In this document: positions 1 through 10,072 of the stretch, piece after piece
Layout: every line of letters starts with the position of its first letter
How positions within the stretch are numbered: the first letter of the stretch is position 1
Assembly: GCA_046861655.1 (NCBI GenBank)
Contig: JBHIAI010000003.1
Location: forward strand, 1-52,285
Reading direction: 5' to 3'
Source of the DNA: Fidelibacterota bacterium
Lineage (GTDB): Bacteria; Fidelibacterota; Marinisomatia; Marinisomatales; S15-B10
Length of the DNA stretch: 52,285 nucleotides
Made by a program: the position numbers and the translations under genes
Notes under the pieces: generated by a model
What the model was told of the DNA's origin: nothing
The model's database searches: none
Seen by the model: only the letters and a program-made list of their open reading frames with translations

Positions 1-1
1 G

Positions 2-775
2 GTCAATGGCACCTCGGGGTATGAAGAGGCGGCTGCTCAAGGACTCATGGCTGGTGTCAATGCGGCCAGATCAGTGCAGGGGGAAGAACCGATTGTTCTG
101 GGCCGAGATCAAGCCTATATCGGCGTCCTGATTGACGACCTGATCACCAAGGGGATCGATGAACCCTACCGCATGTTTACCGCCCGGGCTGAATACCGTC
201 TTCTTCTTCGCCACGCCAACGCCGACCGCCGACTGGCATCCATGGGACACCGTGTCGGACTTCTGTCCAGCCGGACCTACGATATCATCATGGAAAAGCT
301 TGATTTCACGGACCGCATGGTCGACCATCTCACTCATTCAACGGCCCCTGCCCGGGACCTGAACCGTCTCCTGCTGGCCCAGGACCAGTCGACAGTAAGC
401 ACCTCCGCTTCCCTGGCCGCCATTCTTAAGCGACCCGGGATCTCTCTCCAGGACTTGATAGATCAGGGTCTTGTTACCGTGAATCCCAACGGTCTTTCTT
501 CCACCGCCATCCGGCAAGCTCTGGAAGAAACGGAAACCATGATCAAGTATGAAGGGTACATCCAGCGCCAGCAACGGTTCATTGACCGGCTGGCCCGCCA
601 TGAGTCCACCCTCATCCCACCTGCTTTCCAGTACGGCGACTGTCGCGGTATTTCCTCAGAAGGCCGGGAAAAACTTTCCCGGGTTCGACCGGAAACCCTG
701 GGACAGGCCGCCCGGATTTCCGGGGTTTCCCCTTCCGATGTGGCCGTCCTCGCCGTTATGTTATCGGTGTCATGA
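2..775 (+). CDS. mnmG: tRNA uridine-5-carboxymethylaminomethyl modification enzyme MnmG/GidA, 3' part (5'-truncated by window edge)
   Basis: Frame open from base 2: VNGTSGYEEAAAQGLMAG, RDQAYIGVLIDDLITKG..EPYRMFTARAEYRLLLR..NADRRL and C-terminal RPETLGQAARISGVSPSD are hallmark MnmG motifs. Confidence 0.97.
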   Translation, partial: VNGTSGYEEAAAQGLMAGVNAARSVQGEEPIVLGRDQAYIGVLIDDLITKGIDEPYRMFTARAEYRLLLRHANADRRLASMGHRVGLLSSRTYDIIMEKLDFTDRMVDHLTHSTAPARDLNRLLLAQDQSTVSTSASLAAILKRPGISLQDLIDQGLVTVNPNGLSSTAIRQALEETETMIKYEGYIQRQQRFIDRLARHESTLIPPAFQYGDCRGISSEGREKLSRVRPETLGQAARISGVSPSDVAVLAVMLSVS

Positions 776-3700
776 ATCATGTTTCACGTGAAACACGCGG
801 CCGGGAACCCCTCCAACCTTTCCTGAGTTTCTTAAGATCCCGGCCAACCCTGCGATCCTGGATTACGGGTGCTGGCGAAAACCTGCGGGGGTTGAAAACC
901 GTCCATCTAGGCCTGGTTCCCTTCTTGCTTTCCTTCCTCAAGATGGACGAGGCACCCGTTCTCTGTCTGTTTCCCGAAGATCGAGGGGAAGACCTGAACC
1001 TGGTCTCCCAGTACCTTATGGCCCTGGGTGTTGCGGGCGCCGGGATTCTCACCGATGCCGGTTTCTCTGTGGACCAGGATACCCCATCTCTCGTTTCTTC
1101 CGGTGTCCATCCCGTTGAGCCGGTCATCAACCGGTTCTGCCGGGGAAACCTATCCCTTCTTCTGGCCCTGGACACTGCCTGGGATTCAACCCGCGTGGCC
1201 AGACCCCGGGGCGGACCCGGGCGGGTTGCCCTGACCCAGGGGAACTCCTTTTCCCTGGGTCGTCTGAGCTCCTCCCTTATGGACTGGGGATACGAGCGGG
1301 TGGACAGGGTTCAGGTCCCGGGAAGTTTCGCGATCCGTGGAGGGATCGTGGACATATTCCCCTTGGAACTCGATACGCCCGTTCGATTGGAGTTCCTGGG
1401 CAATACGGTGGATTCGGGCCGCCTGTTCGATCCCGTTACCCAGCGTACACTCCGTCCTCTGCCGCACGCCGGGATCGTCCTACATGCCCCCTTGCGGCTG
1501 GCGTCCTCCGGGGGCCGGCCACTTGACCGGGTGCGACCCGCCGGGGTACGGACCTTTGTATTCATTCCCGCCGGACCGAGCCTCACCTATCACATTGCTC
1601 CCCACCGCCGTCCCGCCAAGGGAAGTCCGGATCTGAACTGTGTTCATCATGGTCCCTTCCATGGGAACCGGCAGCTGTGGGTTGACCTAAACGAGCAACT
1701 CTCGAAAAAACAAATAAATAACCGGTTCATTTTCGCCCATCCTGATTACGAAAGCCGGTTCCGTACCGTTCCGGGTATTGAAGCATTTGTTCCTATCCCC
1801 TTCCCCCTTCCCGCCTCCTTTTCCAGTCCCCCCCTGAGCCTGTTTTGTGCTTCTCTTGAGCAGGTAGAGGACTTGCCATCCTCCCGCCCTGCGGCGGCCT
1901 TAGCCGAAGTCCCTGCCACGTCTATCGAGCGTCTTGAGGAGTTTCCCTGGGGAGGTCCCGTGGTTCACGAAGACTTCGGTGTGGGCCTGTACCGGGGGCT
2001 AACTCAGGTGAAAGCCGGTGATCACGTTACGGAATGCGTCTCCATTGAGTATACGGGGGGGGACCGGGTTTACGTCCCCCTGGACGGGCTGGCCCGGGTT
2101 CATACCTATGTTGGGTCTTCCACCAAACCCCCTGAACTGTCAAGTCTAGGGACGTCCCGGTGGGAGCGGTTGAAGGAAAAAACCCGGAAATCCGCGGACG
2201 AAGTAGTGGATCGGTTCATTCACCTTTACGCCCGCCGGCACCGGGCCGAAGGTACAGCTTTTTCCCCCGATTCAGACCTTCATGCCGCTCTCAAGAATTC
2301 TTTCCCTTACGAAGAGACACCTGACCAGGTTGCTGCTTACGAAGATATTCGCAAAGCCATGGAACGGGCCACACCCATGGACTGGCTTCTCTGCGGCGAC
2401 GTGGGTTTCGGCAAAACCGAAATTGCCCTCCGGGCCGCCTTCAAGGCCGCTTATGATCACCGCCAGGTGGCCGTTCTTGCCCCCACCACCATTCTGGCCA
2501 ATCAACTCTTTGTGACCTTGAGGGCTCGACTGGAGCCCCTGAGCGTGTCCGTAGCCCTGTTATCCAGGTTTACCCCCAGGAGCCGCGAGCGGCCCATATT
2601 GAAAAACCTTACGCAAGGGAACCTGGATGTCATTGTGGGAACCCATCGCCTTCTGTCCAGGGACGTGGACATCCCCAATCTGGGGCTGGTCATCGTGGAT
2701 GAAGAGCACCGGTTTGGAGCCCGACACAAGGAAAGGCTCAAAGAAATGCGAACCTCTGTGGATGTTCTGTCCATGAGCGCCACGCCCATCCCCCGAACCC
2801 TTACCTTTTCGCTCCTGGGGATCCGCGACATCTCCACCATTCGGACACCACCCAGGGAGCGGCTGTCAGTCATCACCCGGCTGTCACCCAGAAGCGACCG
2901 GATCATTCGGCGGGGCATCCGGTACGAGCTTGCCAGGGGAGGGCAGGTCTTTTATATCCATAATGATGTGCAGACCCTGGATGCTGTAGCCAGCCGCCTT
3001 GAGGCTCTGATCCCCGGTACGAGAATCGGTATCGCCCATGGACAGCTTCCCGGCAGGACTCTGGAGTCTGTCATGCTCAGGTTTCTTCAGAAGGAGATAG
3101 ACATTCTCGTATGCACCACGATCATCGAGGCCGGCATCGATCTGCCCAACGTGAACACCATTTTTATCGACAACGCCCACCGCTTCGGCCTGGCTCAGAT
3201 CTACCAGATGCGTGGGAGGGTAGGACGCAGTAACCGCCAGGCCTTCTGCTACCTGTTCCTTCCTCCCGGAAAAGAGATCACCACAGCTGCCCACGACCGT
3301 CTAAAAACCTTGGAATTTTTCTCGTCGCTGGGATCGGGATATGCCATTGCCTTAAGAGACCTTGAGCTCCGGGGGGCGGGAAACCTGTTCGGAACTGAAC
3401 AGAGCGGTCATATCGCGTCCGTAGGGTTCCATCTGTACTGCAGAATGGTGGAGGAGGCAGCAAACGCTAGACTTCCGAAAGGGTCCACGCCCCTTCCCCA
3501 TCGTCCCATCCAGGTTTCCTTCGATGGCCCCGCATTGATTCCACCCTCCTACGTCCCCGATATTTCCGACCGGCTCTACTTCTACCGTCTTCTCGGCCAC
3601 GCCCGGGACGGAAAAGCTGTGCAAGGGGTCAGAAGTGAGCTTAGGGACCGGTTCGGTCCTCTCCCTCCTGAATGTCTTAATCTTCTGTTTGTGGCTGCCA

Positions 3701-3999
3701 TCCAGGCGGAGGGAACGGGCTCGGGAATCAGACGCATGGCTGTCTCCACGAGGGGTATCCATGCCGTGTTTGATGCTTCCCTGCCCGCCTCTGACGCCCG
3801 TGCCCTTGCCTACAGGATTCGACACAGATTGCAAGCCCTGGGATTGACTGCCGAAGTTTCGGAAACTTCCCCGAACGGTCTCGAAGTGACGGTTTCCACA
3901 AGAAGTGTCCCGCGGGCCTTCGAAGCAACACAATACCTGTTTGAATCCATCCGGCCTTCTTCTAACTTTGGTTCACAGGAGACGGAATCTGTCGCCTAA
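772..3999 (+). CDS. mfd: Transcription-repair coupling factor Mfd (divergent N-terminus)
   Basis: GSFAIRGGIVDIFP (UvrB-like D2), VVHEDFGVGLY (RID), ETPDQ, CGDVGFGKTE Walker A, DEEHRFG, SATPIPRT, QMRGRVGRS, RDLELRGAGNLFG, DRFGPLP (TRCF domain). ATGA overlap with the mnmG stop. Confidence 0.95.
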   Translation: MNHVSRETRGREPLQPFLSFLRSRPTLRSWITGAGENLRGLKTVHLGLVPFLLSFLKMDEAPVLCLFPEDRGEDLNLVSQYLMALGVAGAGILTDAGFSVDQDTPSLVSSGVHPVEPVINRFCRGNLSLLLALDTAWDSTRVARPRGGPGRVALTQGNSFSLGRLSSSLMDWGYERVDRVQVPGSFAIRGGIVDIFPLELDTPVRLEFLGNTVDSGRLFDPVTQRTLRPLPHAGIVLHAPLRLASSGGRPLDRVRPAGVRTFVFIPAGPSLTYHIAPHRRPAKGSPDLNCVHHGPFHGNRQLWVDLNEQLSKKQINNRFIFAHPDYESRFRTVPGIEAFVPIPFPLPASFSSPPLSLFCASLEQVEDLPSSRPAAALAEVPATSIERLEEFPWGGPVVHEDFGVGLYRGLTQVKAGDHVTECVSIEYTGGDRVYVPLDGLARVHTYVGSSTKPPELSSLGTSRWERLKEKTRKSADEVVDRFIHLYARRHRAEGTAFSPDSDLHAALKNSFPYEETPDQVAAYEDIRKAMERATPMDWLLCGDVGFGKTEIALRAAFKAAYDHRQVAVLAPTTILANQLFVTLRARLEPLSVSVALLSRFTPRSRERPILKNLTQGNLDVIVGTHRLLSRDVDIPNLGLVIVDEEHRFGARHKERLKEMRTSVDVLSMSATPIPRTLTFSLLGIRDISTIRTPPRERLSVITRLSPRSDRIIRRGIRYELARGGQVFYIHNDVQTLDAVASRLEALIPGTRIGIAHGQLPGRTLESVMLRFLQKEIDILVCTTIIEAGIDLPNVNTIFIDNAHRFGLAQIYQMRGRVGRSNRQAFCYLFLPPGKEITTAAHDRLKTLEFFSSLGSGYAIALRDLELRGAGNLFGTEQSGHIASVGFHLYCRMVEEAANARLPKGSTPLPHRPIQVSFDGPALIPPSYVPDISDRLYFYRLLGHARDGKAVQGVRSELRDRFGPLPPECLNLLFVAAIQAEGTGSGIRRMAVSTRGIHAVFDASLPASDARALAYRIRHRLQALGLTAEVSETSPNGLEVTVSTRSVPRAFEATQYLFESIRPSSNFGSQETESVA
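780..795. promoter_or_regulatory. parS: parS centromere site (ParB binding)
   Basis: Exact 16-bp palindrome TGTTTCACGTGAAACA matching the canonical parS consensus, about 5.5 kb from the putative oriC. Confidence 0.9.
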
Positions 4000-4015
4000 T
4001 CCCCGGATGTGTTTT

Positions 4016-4846
4016 ATGAAAGCTACCCCTTTGAATCTGGTCGCCGTAGCCGCTTCAGGGTTTGTCCTTTTTTCAGTTTCCTCCTGTCAGAACCCTCCCG
4101 CCTCTGAAGAATACGTGGCCAGAATAGGCGAAAGCGTCCTCACCCAGGAGGACCTTACCTCCCAGCTACCCGAGGTTATCCCAGGCGATTCAGCCGGTGT
4201 CATCGGGCAGACCATCGAAGCCTGGGCCCGCCGGGAACTTCTCTTTCAGCAAGCCGTCAGAGAGGGACTGCTCAGCGATTCCAGGCTCCAGGCACAGCTG
4301 GATGAGTACCGGAAGGCCCTTTACGGAAACACTTTTCTGGATATGTACCTGGCCCAACACGTGGTTGTCACCACCGATGAAGTGAGAGATTACTACACCC
4401 GGAACCGGGATCAGTTCAAACGGAAGCGGGCCGAAGTGGCCCTTTTGCACTTTCTTCTCGAAACGGAACGGGAAGCCCTGGAGGTAAGGCAGAAACTTCT
4501 CCGCCTTGAGGGATCTGTTCGACAGGAACTTCTCAATTTCTACAACGTCCATGCCCAGATTGTGACAGAAGGTACTCTCATCCCACCCCTGGACCGGGCT
4601 GTTTTCGCCCGCTCTGAGCCCAAGGGCGTCCTGGGTCCCGTACGCTCAGATTACGGGGTTCACGTCCTGGAGGTTCTCGAATTCTACCCGGCCGACTCGT
4701 TTCGAGGATTGGACCAAGTCTACGAGGACGTTTCCCAGCAGTTGTTTCAGGAAAAGTCCGCCATTCAATACGATCGTCTCCTGGACAGTCTCTTGGTGGT
4801 CACCCCCCTAAAACTTCATCCCGATTTTTCTTTCGCCCGCCCATGA
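4016..4846 (+). CDS. Parvulin/PpiC-type peptidyl-prolyl isomerase-like lipoprotein (PrsA/SurA family)
   Basis: Start moved to ATG 4016 (MKATPLNLVAVAASGFVLFSVSSC, lipobox-like). VARIGESVLT, EVRDYYTRNRDQF and GPVRSDYGVHVLEV are typical of rotamase-family chaperones. Confidence 0.8.
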   Translation: MKATPLNLVAVAASGFVLFSVSSCQNPPASEEYVARIGESVLTQEDLTSQLPEVIPGDSAGVIGQTIEAWARRELLFQQAVREGLLSDSRLQAQLDEYRKALYGNTFLDMYLAQHVVVTTDEVRDYYTRNRDQFKRKRAEVALLHFLLETEREALEVRQKLLRLEGSVRQELLNFYNVHAQIVTEGTLIPPLDRAVFARSEPKGVLGPVRSDYGVHVLEVLEFYPADSFRGLDQVYEDVSQQLFQEKSAIQYDRLLDSLLVVTPLKLHPDFSFARP

Positions 4847-6141
4847 ACCTTTCCCGTCTCACCCCTGGCGGCGTGGGGGCGGCGATCCTGGCCCTGGCCA
4901 CAGCCGGAACCCTTTGGTGTCAGGACATCGTTGAGGGCATTGCCGCCGTGGTTGGCGACCGGATCGTACTCAAGAGCGATGTGGCTCAACTGGTCCAGAT
5001 GCGGGCCATGGAAAGGCGTTTGCGTCCCGATACAGATGCCCACGAATTCGCCCAACTCCAGAATCAGGCGGTTACCACCCTGATTCAGCAGAAACTCATC
5101 CTGGAGATCGCCGAAGAGGAAAGCATCCTGGTTGAGGAACGGGAGGTCAATTCTGCCCTGGACCAGTACGTGGCCTCCCTGATCAATCAGGCTGGCAGCG
5201 AACAGGAGATCGAAAATGCGTTTGGAAAATCCCTGGGGGACCTCAAACGGGAATGGTGGCCCGATATGCAGGAGCAGCTGATCACACAGAAATTCCAACA
5301 ACAACTTGTTCAAGAGGTGGCGGTCACCCGCCAGGAAGTGATCCAGTTTTACGAGGAGTACCGGGACAGTCTCGGTGTCTTTCCCACGCTCTACCGGGTA
5401 AGCCATATTCTCTTTGAAGTGTCTCCCGGTCGCGCCAGCCGATTGAAGGCCAGGCACCTCGCCGACTCCCTGCGCCATCGTCTCATCGAGGGGGACGACT
5501 TTGCCACCCTGACCGCCCAGTATTCAGACGATCCCGGCACGGCCTCCAGTGGGGGAGAACTGGGTCTGGTTAACCGGGGAACGCTGGTGCCAGAATTTGA
5601 GGAAGTGGCCTTCAACCTCAGTCCCGGCGAAATCAGTGACGTGGTGAAGACTCCCTTTGGGTACCACGTCCTGGAGATGATTGAACGGGTGGGGGAGAAA
5701 ATCAACGTACGACACATTCTCATCACGCCCCAGGTAACCGAAGCCGATGAGGATAGCGTCCAGGCCGTGGCCCTCACCATCAGCGATAGTATCCACACCG
5801 CTCAGGATATGGTCCGGTTCGCCGCCCGGTATTCCCAGGATGATCGCACACGATCCCTGGGCGGAAACCTGGGCTGGGTAGATCCATCCCAACTCCCCTG
5901 GACCGAAGTTGGAGACATCCTCCCTACTCTCACGCCCGGACACGTATCTGCCCCTCTCAAAGCCGGCGATGGCTTGCACCTCCTATTCGTCCATGAAATA
6001 AAGCCTGGAGGCGTTCCCACCCTCGCCACCCACTGGCCTGAGCTTGAGGCCATAGCCCTCGAAAGGAAGAAAGCCGATCTTTTCCGCCAGTGGTTTGACC
6101 AGGCCGGATCCACCGTTTTTATCCGCAATTACCTGGAATAA
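4843..6141 (+). CDS. surA: SurA-like periplasmic chaperone with two parvulin domains
   Basis: Signal peptide; IVEGIAAVVGDRIVLKSDV SurA N-domain; VSHILF..DFATLTAQYSDDPG..GGELG..PEFEEVAF..ISDVVKTPFGYH; second parvulin VRHILI..YSQD..GGNLGW. Confidence 0.88.
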   Translation: MNLSRLTPGGVGAAILALATAGTLWCQDIVEGIAAVVGDRIVLKSDVAQLVQMRAMERRLRPDTDAHEFAQLQNQAVTTLIQQKLILEIAEEESILVEEREVNSALDQYVASLINQAGSEQEIENAFGKSLGDLKREWWPDMQEQLITQKFQQQLVQEVAVTRQEVIQFYEEYRDSLGVFPTLYRVSHILFEVSPGRASRLKARHLADSLRHRLIEGDDFATLTAQYSDDPGTASSGGELGLVNRGTLVPEFEEVAFNLSPGEISDVVKTPFGYHVLEMIERVGEKINVRHILITPQVTEADEDSVQAVALTISDSIHTAQDMVRFAARYSQDDRTRSLGGNLGWVDPSQLPWTEVGDILPTLTPGHVSAPLKAGDGLHLLFVHEIKPGGVPTLATHWPELEAIALERKKADLFRQWFDQAGSTVFIRNYLE

Positions 6142-6215
6142 ACCCGACGTGCCTGTTTCCCCCCGAAACGGGGCTCACCCCCCGACGCACCCATTCCGCA
6201 CGACCCGTTTCCAAC

Positions 6216-6520
6216 GGATTCACACTTTCTATGCACATATCCACCAAAGGGCCTTCACGCACCACAGCTCCTCCCAGCGGAAGGAAGTTGTACACAAGTT
6301 ATCCACATAAACCATTTCCTTTACACACACTCTCAACACTCTTTTTCCCAAGCCGTTACGCTCACCTTTTGTCCCTAAGGTAACAGTATGCACAGGGCTT
6401 ATTATGATAACATAAGATTTCTATACTTCAATTTTGTATTTATTATGGTTAATTCGAGGGGTAGGGAGGTGTTTTGGGGGAAAAATTTGTTGTCCCTAAC
6501 GTCATTTATCCCTAACATCA
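6216..6520. other. oriC: Putative chromosomal replication origin (oriC)
   Basis: Perfect DnaA box TTATCCACA 6299-6307; near-boxes TTGTACACA 6288-6296, CTATGCACA 6229-6237, TTACACACA 6321-6329 and GTATGCACA 6386-6394. The last is followed by GGGC, trios TAT-TAT-GAT-AAC (6400-6411) and an AT-rich tract to ~6454. Lies just upstream of dnaN; sequence looks C-rich to the left and G-rich to the right; parS nearby. Confidence 0.85.
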
Positions 6521-6577
6521 ATTCTCGCGATGGCCACGGCATTCTTAAACCTCTCACTCATTCTTGGGTAGATAACC

Positions 6578-7696
6578 ATGAGACTTACGATCCCAACCCA
6601 GTCGCTCCAGGAATGTCTTCAGAATTTGAGCAAGGCGACCCCCACCCGGTCCACCATACCGATACTGAACAGTGTCTTATTCGATGCGGGGGATGGTGGA
6701 CTCTTGGTCCGGGCCACGGATCTGGAGATTACCATGGTGGTGAGAGTGGAGGCTTCCATAGGCGAAACGGGCTCTGTGGCCATTGAGCACAGGAGGCTGA
6801 TGGAAATCGCCAACGCTCTTCCCGAAACAGAGGTGGCGATTTCTTCCGATGAGGAAAACAGGGTAAAGCTTGAAACCGGCTTTGGCAACTACGATGTGGG
6901 AGGGTCCGGTTCAGACGAGTTCCCGGCCATGCCGGAGGTGGACAACAAGAAAGAAGTCATGTTGAAAGCCGAAACCCTGGAAAGGCTTATCAAGAAAACC
7001 GTGTTCGCCCTGAGTACGGACGAGCTTAAGCCTGCACTCATGGGAGCTCTCTTTGATTTCGGGTCCGACCAGGTGACAACGGTTGCAACGGATGGGCACC
7101 GTTTGTCCATATGTTCCAGGACGGATTATGAGTCCAAAGGGTTCACCGGCAACGTGATTGTTCCGAGAAAGTTCCTCCTGCTCTTGTCGCAGCACTTGGA
7201 ACAACGTGAGGACGTGACTCTGTGGGTAGGAGACAATCACGTCACGGTTTCCCTGAACGGCATCACTCTTTTTTCACGTATCATCGATGAGCGCTACCCC
7301 GATTATTCCAGCGTAATTCCGGAAGGGAACGATCAGATAGTGACAGTGAACCGGGAGAATTTTCTGGCCACGGTCAAGCGGGTCGCCATTTTCTCAAACC
7401 GATCCACGAAGCAGATTGCTCTCCATCTGTCCTCCGGGGGAAGTTCCATCACAACGGAGGATCCGGAAAGCGCATCCAAAGCCCAGGAGGAAATCGATGT
7501 GGGGTATGAGGGAGAGGATCTGGTGGTGGGATACAATGCGGCATACTTGAGTGACATTCTTTCCCATCTGGATACGGACAACGTGGTCATGAAATTGAAG
7601 ACACCCATCAGTGCCGGTCTCATTCTTCCAGAAATGCAAGAAGACAACGAAGAGATTACCATGTTGTTGATGCCCATGCGTATGAGTGGGCAGTAG
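6578..7696 (+). CDS. dnaN: DNA polymerase III beta sliding clamp
   Basis: 372 aa; TIPILNSVL, RATDLEI, VATDGHRL, SRIIDERYPDY, GYNAAYLSDIL, terminal LLMPMR. Confidence 0.98.
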   Translation: MRLTIPTQSLQECLQNLSKATPTRSTIPILNSVLFDAGDGGLLVRATDLEITMVVRVEASIGETGSVAIEHRRLMEIANALPETEVAISSDEENRVKLETGFGNYDVGGSGSDEFPAMPEVDNKKEVMLKAETLERLIKKTVFALSTDELKPALMGALFDFGSDQVTTVATDGHRLSICSRTDYESKGFTGNVIVPRKFLLLLSQHLEQREDVTLWVGDNHVTVSLNGITLFSRIIDERYPDYSSVIPEGNDQIVTVNRENFLATVKRVAIFSNRSTKQIALHLSSGGSSITTEDPESASKAQEEIDVGYEGEDLVVGYNAAYLSDILSHLDTDNVVMKLKTPISAGLILPEMQEDNEEITMLLMPMRMSGQ

Positions 7697-7762
7697 ACGG
7701 ATTCTGACAGGGGTCGGCATCCATCCAGTCTAGCCCCGTTTGCCCTCAAAGGCACACCTTCA

Positions 7763-8038
7763 ATGCAGGATATCAAGTCAGTGTTGGACAGCTTCCTGCG
7801 CAAAGCAGGATTGGACAGGCCCGTTCTGCAGAACCGGGCCCTCGTTGTATGGAACGACGTGGTGGGAGAGGCGGTAGCGAAGAGAACCGAGCCGGAAGAA
7901 GTGAAGCACGGCGTTCTGGTAGTGAGGGTGGACACACCCGTGTGGAGAAACGAACTGAGTTTGAGAAAAAAGGAAATCCTTGAGGCCCTCAACCAGGCCC
8001 TCGGAGAACGAGTCATAAAAGATATCAGGCTTCTGTGA
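7763..8038 (+). CDS. dciA: DUF721/DciA family helicase loader
   Basis: 91 aa with WNDVVGEAVA..GVLVVRVDTPVWRNEL..ILEALN..IKDIR, the DUF721 pattern; typical position between dnaN and gyrB. Confidence 0.85.
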   Translation: MQDIKSVLDSFLRKAGLDRPVLQNRALVVWNDVVGEAVAKRTEPEEVKHGVLVVRVDTPVWRNELSLRKKEILEALNQALGERVIKDIRLL

Positions 8039-10033
<1,995 letters not shown>

Positions 10034-10072
10034 GAGTGCAGGAATGCCGCACCCTTAGAGAAAGACCCGCCT

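Noticed and set aside
3905..4015. Upstream ORF-track starts (also 15225, 18093, 27247, 31188, 34116, 49312)
   Set aside because: They mostly overlap upstream genes; downstream starts give a proper RBS, stop-start coupling or signal peptide.
6154..6170. Second parS-like TGTTTC-CCCCC-GAAACG
   Set aside because: Spacer is 5 nt and lacks the central ACGT; does not fit parS.
6456..6480. G-rich tract as a G-quadruplex
   Set aside because: One of the four G-runs is only GG; it is adequately explained by strand skew at the origin.
6388..6786. 132-aa ORF (and 6095-6310) across the origin region
   Set aside because: Overlaps the oriC elements and dnaN out of frame; no protein features.
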